DNA of 34,655 nt. Source: a virus. Taxonomy: Duplodnaviria > Heunggongvirae > Uroviricota > Caudoviricetes. Of this stretch, positions 29,219 to 34,655 are shown in pieces. Location of the stretch: IMG/VR virus record IMGVR_UViG_2531839666_000023; one strand, 5' to 3'. Under the pieces are notes generated by a model, which did no database searches, was not told the origin of the DNA, and was given only the letters and a program-made list of their open reading frames with translations. Position 1 is the stretch's first letter. Every line of letters begins with the position of its first letter. The position numbers were made by a program, and so were the translations under genes.

Positions 29219-29732
29219 TGGTGAGGGTATTTTCATGCAGAACATGGTGATTTCGCCCTCGATGCAGTTCCAGGAAAAGGACCAGTCCGGTCAGACATCG
29301 AGCACCGCGAACGCCGAGCAGGGCATCAAGGCCAAAGAGCTTCGCGTAACCGGGATGATCACCTTTGACAATGAGCGGGCCCTTCAGCGCATTTTCCAGC
29401 TGGCCTCTGCCACCACCGGGGACGGTGCCCTGAAAGTTTACCGTATCGCAAACGCCACCGCTGCCGCCATTAACTTTCGTGAAGGGACATTTTCCGGGCA
29501 GATAGACGCACAGCAGCAGACCGACCGCCTCGCCTGGCAGGTCAGCTTCACATTACGCGAAAGACGAAGCGTACCGGAAAAACGCCAGGCACGCGCCACC
29601 CCCGGCAGCAGCCGTAAACAGACGCCGCAGACGCCCGGCGCAAAAGGCAAAACCGTGGCCAACGAAACACCGGAGAAAATGACCTGGTTCGAAGAAAAGG
29701 TCCTCAAACCCGTCAATGATGCGCTGGAGTAA
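29190..29732 (+). CDS. Hypothetical protein (180 aa or shorter from internal ATG at 29235)
   Basis: ORF overlapping the previous gene end; alternative start at 29235 has a GGTGAGGG RBS; function unknown. Confidence 0.35.
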   Translation: MSQTALLALDGEGIFMQNMVISPSMQFQEKDQSGQTSSTANAEQGIKAKELRVTGMITFDNERALQRIFQLASATTGDGALKVYRIANATAAAINFREGTFSGQIDAQQQTDRLAWQVSFTLRERRSVPEKRQARATPGSSRKQTPQTPGAKGKTVANETPEKMTWFEEKVLKPVNDALE

Positions 29733-29734
29733 CC

Positions 29735-31408
29735 ATGAACCCCACTAAACGTCTGTTACTGGGTAACGACACCATTCAGCTGGTCAGCTGTTCCGTCATG
29801 CTTGAGCTGAACGCGTGCGGACGCGGATTTATCACGGCCAGAACGGAGCAGAACTACACCGGGCGCCCTGTTCGTCTCGATATCGGATACGGAAACGACC
29901 TGGTGCGCTGGTTTACCGGATACGTTGAACGCAGCCAGCCCGCTGAAAACGGCTCGGTGCGGCTTCTGATTCGTGAAATGGCGGGGATCCTTGATCACCC
30001 CTTCCCCTGTTCATTTCAGCACCCGACAATGCGCACGGTCACACAGTGGCTGAGTGAGACCAGCGGGCTGGAAATCATCCTGCCGGACAACGCGGCTTAC
30101 ACTGACAGACCCGTTCCGCATTTCACGCACAGCGGCACGGGCTACGAACTGCTGGCCAGTCTGGGGCGTATTTTCTCCGTACCGGACTACATCTGGCATC
30201 CGTTACCGGACGGCGGCATTATGGCCGCTGCCGCCGCGCAGGGGATGTTTTCCGGTCGCCCCGTCACCATCCCGCACGAGTTCAGCCAGGCATCAACGGG
30301 CGGACACAGTATGACCCTCCCGATGATTCAGACGCTGCGACCGGGTGTGGAGGTGAACGGTCAGCGCCTGACGATGGTCATGCTGGAAGATGACAACATG
30401 ACCATCACGTGGACACCACGCAATAAAGCCACCGGCGCCCCCCTCCAGAAGTCCCCTTTCCGTCGCCAGGCTGAAAAGGCCTTCCCTGAACTGGCATCAG
30501 GGCTTCACCTGCCCAAACTGGCACGTGTTGAGGCGCCGACCGAAGCCGTCAGCGCGGGCAATATTGCCGACCCGTTCAGACCCCGCTACGCGGTGAGTCT
30601 CCAGCTGCTTGACGAGAACGGCAACCCGGCAGCGGATACGCCCGTTTATAACGCCGTTCCCCTCCCCGTTCCTATGGCGGGCAGTGAGTCCGGCATGTTC
30701 CAGTTCCCGCCACCCGGAACCCTGGTGGAAGTGGGATTTGTGGAAGGCCGGGCGGATAAGCCCTTCATCCGCCAGATAATGGCAGAGGGCCACAATCTGC
30801 CCGACGTGAAGCCGGGCGAGCAGTTGCAGCAACAGCGCGACGGCGTATCGCAGCGCGTGACGGTCGCCGGAGACTGGGAGCGCCAGACAGACCAGCGGAT
30901 ACAGGAGACATCACGCGAGCGCGTGGTGAGCGCAGACGAGGAGACGCGGAGCCTGACCAGCCGGGAGACCACCATACAGGCAACCGACACAACCACCGTC
31001 CTGGGCGTATCCACGCTTCAGGCTGGCGCAGTCACCCATATCACTGAAGAGAACTACAGCATCAGCACGGGCGGGCACATGATGGTGGTTGCCGGTACCT
31101 GTGAGCGCGACGTGGAAGGCGACACACTGGACACCGTGGGCGGCAGCCTTACCGAAAAGATTAAGGGCGTCCGTCACAGTATTGCGCTGGCGCAGAAGCT
31201 GGTTGGCGATACGGTGAAGCTGGGAAACGAGGACATTAATGTACTGACCATGCTGACGGACCTTGCCGATGTGGTGGAAGAGCTGGCCGATATTACGGCA
31301 TCACATACCCACCCCAAAACGGGCACGTCTCCGCAGGCCGCACAGTTCAGCCAGGTCGCTCAGGAGTGCCGCCAGCTTAAAAATAAATATTCACCAATAA
31401 TCGAATAA
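29735..31408 (+). CDS. Putative baseplate spike/hub protein (gpV-like OB-fold and beta-helix-like C-terminal region)
   Basis: 557 aa; central segment GMFQFPPPGTLVEVGFVEGRADKPFI resembles the gpV OB-fold signature; C-terminal repetitive beta-strand-like segments; the last ORF of the prophage. Confidence 0.4.
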   Translation: MNPTKRLLLGNDTIQLVSCSVMLELNACGRGFITARTEQNYTGRPVRLDIGYGNDLVRWFTGYVERSQPAENGSVRLLIREMAGILDHPFPCSFQHPTMRTVTQWLSETSGLEIILPDNAAYTDRPVPHFTHSGTGYELLASLGRIFSVPDYIWHPLPDGGIMAAAAAQGMFSGRPVTIPHEFSQASTGGHSMTLPMIQTLRPGVEVNGQRLTMVMLEDDNMTITWTPRNKATGAPLQKSPFRRQAEKAFPELASGLHLPKLARVEAPTEAVSAGNIADPFRPRYAVSLQLLDENGNPAADTPVYNAVPLPVPMAGSESGMFQFPPPGTLVEVGFVEGRADKPFIRQIMAEGHNLPDVKPGEQLQQQRDGVSQRVTVAGDWERQTDQRIQETSRERVVSADEETRSLTSRETTIQATDTTTVLGVSTLQAGAVTHITEENYSISTGGHMMVVAGTCERDVEGDTLDTVGGSLTEKIKGVRHSIALAQKLVGDTVKLGNEDINVLTMLTDLADVVEELADITASHTHPKTGTSPQAAQFSQVAQECRQLKNKYSPIIE

Positions 31409-31422
31409 TCATTCACTTTAAC

Positions 31423-31447
31423 AGGCCGCGCAATGTGGCCTTTTTTA
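31423..31447 (+). terminator. Rho-independent terminator-like hairpin after the last tail gene
   Basis: GGCC(G)...GTGGCC stem followed by a T-run (GGCCTTTTTTATT). Confidence 0.4.
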
Positions 31448-31536
31448 TTCCCCCGACAATAAAAAATATTCATCACCGGACATCACCCACCACGAAAAAA
31501 CCGTCCGCAGCAGAAAAAAAGATGGACGAAACGCCC

Positions 31537-32099
31537 CACGTAATCCCCACGTAAAACGTCGCGTAACGAAGAGATAACCCCGCCAGCCTGATTCGATCCC
31601 CTGACATCAGAAAACGATTTCTGCGCCCCAAAATCGCCGCAAATGGCCGGAAATTTTCGGGGGCGACGTAACGCGTAAAGTGACGTAATCGGCGCTACCC
31701 CGCACACGCCTCCGGTATTTGTGTACGATAAATTTTGCAAATCGAAATGGGTGCAAAACACCCCGCCAGGGCGCGCCATTACTGAGGTTTTCCCTTCTGA
31801 ATGGTTTTGCACTTTGTGCAAGGTTTTGCAAAAGTGTGCAAAAACTCCGGCTTTCTGAGGATCCCGAAAAATTTTAATGCACTGAATAACAAGAGATTTT
31901 TAAAATTACGTCACGATCGAAGATCTGAAAAAGGATCCGGCGACGAAAACGAAAAAATCAGGAAAGCCAGAACTGGCGCGGCCTGGCGGGGAGTGGCAGC
32001 AAAAATCACTTTTGCACACTTTTGCACAACTGCTCCGAAAGAGGATGGCGAAGGGGAAGGAAAACAGCCGGATCATCCGTTGCACGTAACGGACGTAAA
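31537..32099. repeat. Dispersed paired (C/G)ACGTAA heptamer repeats
   Basis: At least seven copies in both orientations, several as pairs spaced ~9-11 bp (e.g. 31537-31543 and 31548-31554; 31665-31671 and 31683-31688; 32083-32089 and 32093-32099). Confidence 0.5.
31733..32028. repeat. Cluster of TTTTGCA(C/A)A boxes (DnaA-box-like) with GATC palindromes
   Basis: Two tandem perfect TTTTGCACA at 32010-32018 and 32020-32028; further copies or near-copies at 31733, 31751, 31805, 31814, 31824 and 31835; GATC palindromes GGATCC 31859-31864, CGATCG 31914-31919, AGATCT 31921-31926, GGATCC 31933-31938; A+T-rich spacer 31866-31910. Confidence 0.5.
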
Positions 32100-32260
32100 A
32101 GGTAAATTACGCGCGGGTGCCTTTCGGCTGACGGCTGGAAGGAATACCTGAAGGCCGGATGTGAAAAGGCCCCGAGTCAACTAACGTTAACCCGAGGCCC
32201 TGACACTTCCTACCTGACAAGTGGAAGGTTAGCGCCTCCCTGTAAAAGGAGTCAAGCGCT

Positions 32261-32401
32261 ATGCCGCAAAAAACGATCATAGTGAGCATTTTATGCATAA
32301 CTATTTTGATGATTGTCTGGATGATACACAAGTCACCGTGTGAGTTCAGGCTTAACATCATGTGGTCACAATTTGCGGCGTTCTTGCAGTGTAAACAGTA
32401 A
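32261..32401 (+). CDS. Hok/Gef-family type I toxin peptide (46 aa), copy 1
   Basis: Hand translation MPQKTIIVSILCITILMIVWMIHKSPCEFRLNIMWSQFAAFLQCKQ; hydrophobic N-terminal helix plus KSxCExR...AAF signature as recalled for Hok-family toxins; below ORF-track cutoff. Confidence 0.65.
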   Translation: MPQKTIIVSILCITILMIVWMIHKSPCEFRLNIMWSQFAAFLQCKQ

Positions 32402-32491
32402 GAAACCGCAGCGGGGGTGAAAGCCCCCGCTATCCGGTTGCCGGGTTCGGTCGATATGGCACCCTTTCTCCGTTGGATTACAGACGTATTT

Positions 32492-32514
32492 GCCCGCGAC
32501 ATGCGGGCCTTTTT
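32492..32514 (+). terminator. Rho-independent terminator after hok-like copy 1
   Basis: GCCCGC-GACAT-GCGGGC hairpin followed by CTTTTT. Confidence 0.6.
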
Positions 32515-32982
32515 GTTCAGTTGTATTTATTGTGGTCGTTACTGGCAGTGGTATTAACTGATTTTGCATGAATAGCACAAATTTTTTCCACGATAACACC
32601 ACACGCTTCAAGATCTTCCGAGCGTGAAACCTTTATTTTTGTAATAGTCTCAGGATTATCAGCCGTTCCACTTTGCACAACCTCAATTTCAATTTTTTTC
32701 TTGAAAGAATCATTTTCATCGCCCCGACACAGGACAGAGTAAGCCTGTGCGAAAGAATATCACCAGTGCGATAGCGTTGTCTGCTTCAACGCCAGGCATT
32801 GCGCACACAAAGGGAAATCAGTACATTACACGCGGGTGCCTTTCGGCTGACGGCTGGAAGGATTACCTGAAGGCCGGATGTGGAAAGGCCCCGAGTAAAA
32901 CATTTGTTTAACCCGAGGCCTAACCCTTCCTACCCTAGACAAGTGGAAGGTTAGCGTCTCCCTGTAAAAGGAGTCAAGCGCT

Positions 32983-33123
32983 ATGCCGCAAAAAACGATC
33001 ATCGTGAGCATTTTATGCTTAACCATGTTGTTGACCGTCTGGATGATACACCGTTCTCCGTGTGAGTTCAGACTTAACATCATGTGGTCAGAATTTGCGG
33101 CGTTCTTGCAGTGTAAACCGTAA
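32983..33123 (+). CDS. Hok/Gef-family type I toxin peptide (46 aa), copy 2
   Basis: Hand translation MPQKTIIVSILCLTMLLTVWMIHRSPCEFRLNIMWSEFAAFLQCKP; same architecture as copy 1. Confidence 0.65.
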   Translation: MPQKTIIVSILCLTMLLTVWMIHRSPCEFRLNIMWSEFAAFLQCKP

Positions 33124-33216
33124 GAAACCGCAGCGGGGGTGAAAGCCCCCGCTATCCGGTTGCCAAAGGTTCGGTCGAAAGTCGCACCCTCACACAAAAG
33201 TCACAAAGAAAAACAA

Positions 33217-33247
33217 AGCCCGCAGCGTAAAAACTGCGGGCTTTTTT
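33217..33247 (+). terminator. Rho-independent terminator after hok-like copy 2
   Basis: AGCCCGCAG-CGTAAAAA-CTGCGGGCT hairpin followed by TTTTTT. Confidence 0.7.
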
Positions 33248-33362
33248 GTTTCAAAGATGGACGTTATCTGGACACACGAAAATAAAAAATCTTTATTTTC
33301 AATATGTTAACCACCCACTAAAACCACCCGCAGGCGCTTTTTAGATTCAGAAAAATTGGGTA

Positions 33363-34655
<1,293 letters not shown>

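Larger units (their letters stand above)
1..31450. mobile_element. P2-family temperate prophage, integrase end at window start; right boundary approximate
   Basis: Contiguous integrase, repressor/Cox switch, HUH replication initiator, Ogr-like activator, P2-type head genes, contractile tail genes and lysis cassette; attL lies outside the window and attR is not identifiable. Confidence 0.85.
32108..33190. repeat. Tandem duplication of a ~360 bp hok-like locus (two diverged copies ~720 bp apart)
   Basis: Copy 1 about 32108-32465 and copy 2 about 32826-33185 align with near-identity by eye, including upstream leader, toxin ORF and downstream GC-rich hairpin. Confidence 0.75.

Noticed and set aside
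31801-32151. 116 aa + strand ORF across the repeat region
   Set aside because: Runs through the TTTTGCACA boxes and GATC palindromes; lysine/glycine-rich low-complexity translation; more likely non-coding regulatory DNA.
32108-33190. Possible CRISPR array suggested by direct repeats
   Set aside because: The repeats are two ~360 bp gene-sized duplicated units, not short regularly spaced repeats with unique spacers; no cas genes nearby.
32107-33197. Minus-strand ORFs 32107-32502 and 32826-33197 in the ORF track
   Set aside because: They are antisense images of the duplicated hok-like units; the two translations are near-identical only because the underlying DNA is duplicated. The hok-like peptides on the + strand explain the region better.
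33200-33362. Possible tRNA or attachment site between the hok-like loci and serS
   Set aside because: No cloverleaf-compatible sequence with a conserved T-loop or acceptor stem pattern was evident; the region looks like an A+T-rich intergenic promoter/terminator spacer.

Overview
This window is almost entirely a ~31.4 kb P2-family temperate myovirus prophage, followed by a repeat-rich non-coding region, two tandem hok-like type I toxin loci, and the host serS gene (33363-34655, minus strand). All calls are made by eye from the sequence and the supplied ORF track; no database search or computation was run. The prophage runs from a P2-like tyrosine integrase whose stop codon sits at position 1-3 to the last tail gene ending at 31408. 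It has a CI-like repressor and Cox-like divergent switch, an early region of small ORFs, a P2 gpA-like HUH rolling-circle initiator, an Ogr/Delta zinc-finger activator, P2-type head genes (portal, terminase, scaffold, capsid, small terminase, head completion), and a tail and lysis module whose order differs from P2. The lysis cassette carries an embedded orphan DNA methyltransferase. The candidates I consider most worth a second look are an A+T-rich two-gene convergent insertion beside the immunity switch (2060-2895), the repeat array at the prophage right end with DnaA-box-like, GATC-palindrome and (C/G)ACGTAA repeats (31537-32110), and the tandem hok-like pair. The tail-fibre gene carries an apparent 1-nt frame disruption. 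No tRNA, rRNA or CRISPR array was seen, and the attachment sites cannot be defined because the window starts at the integrase stop codon.
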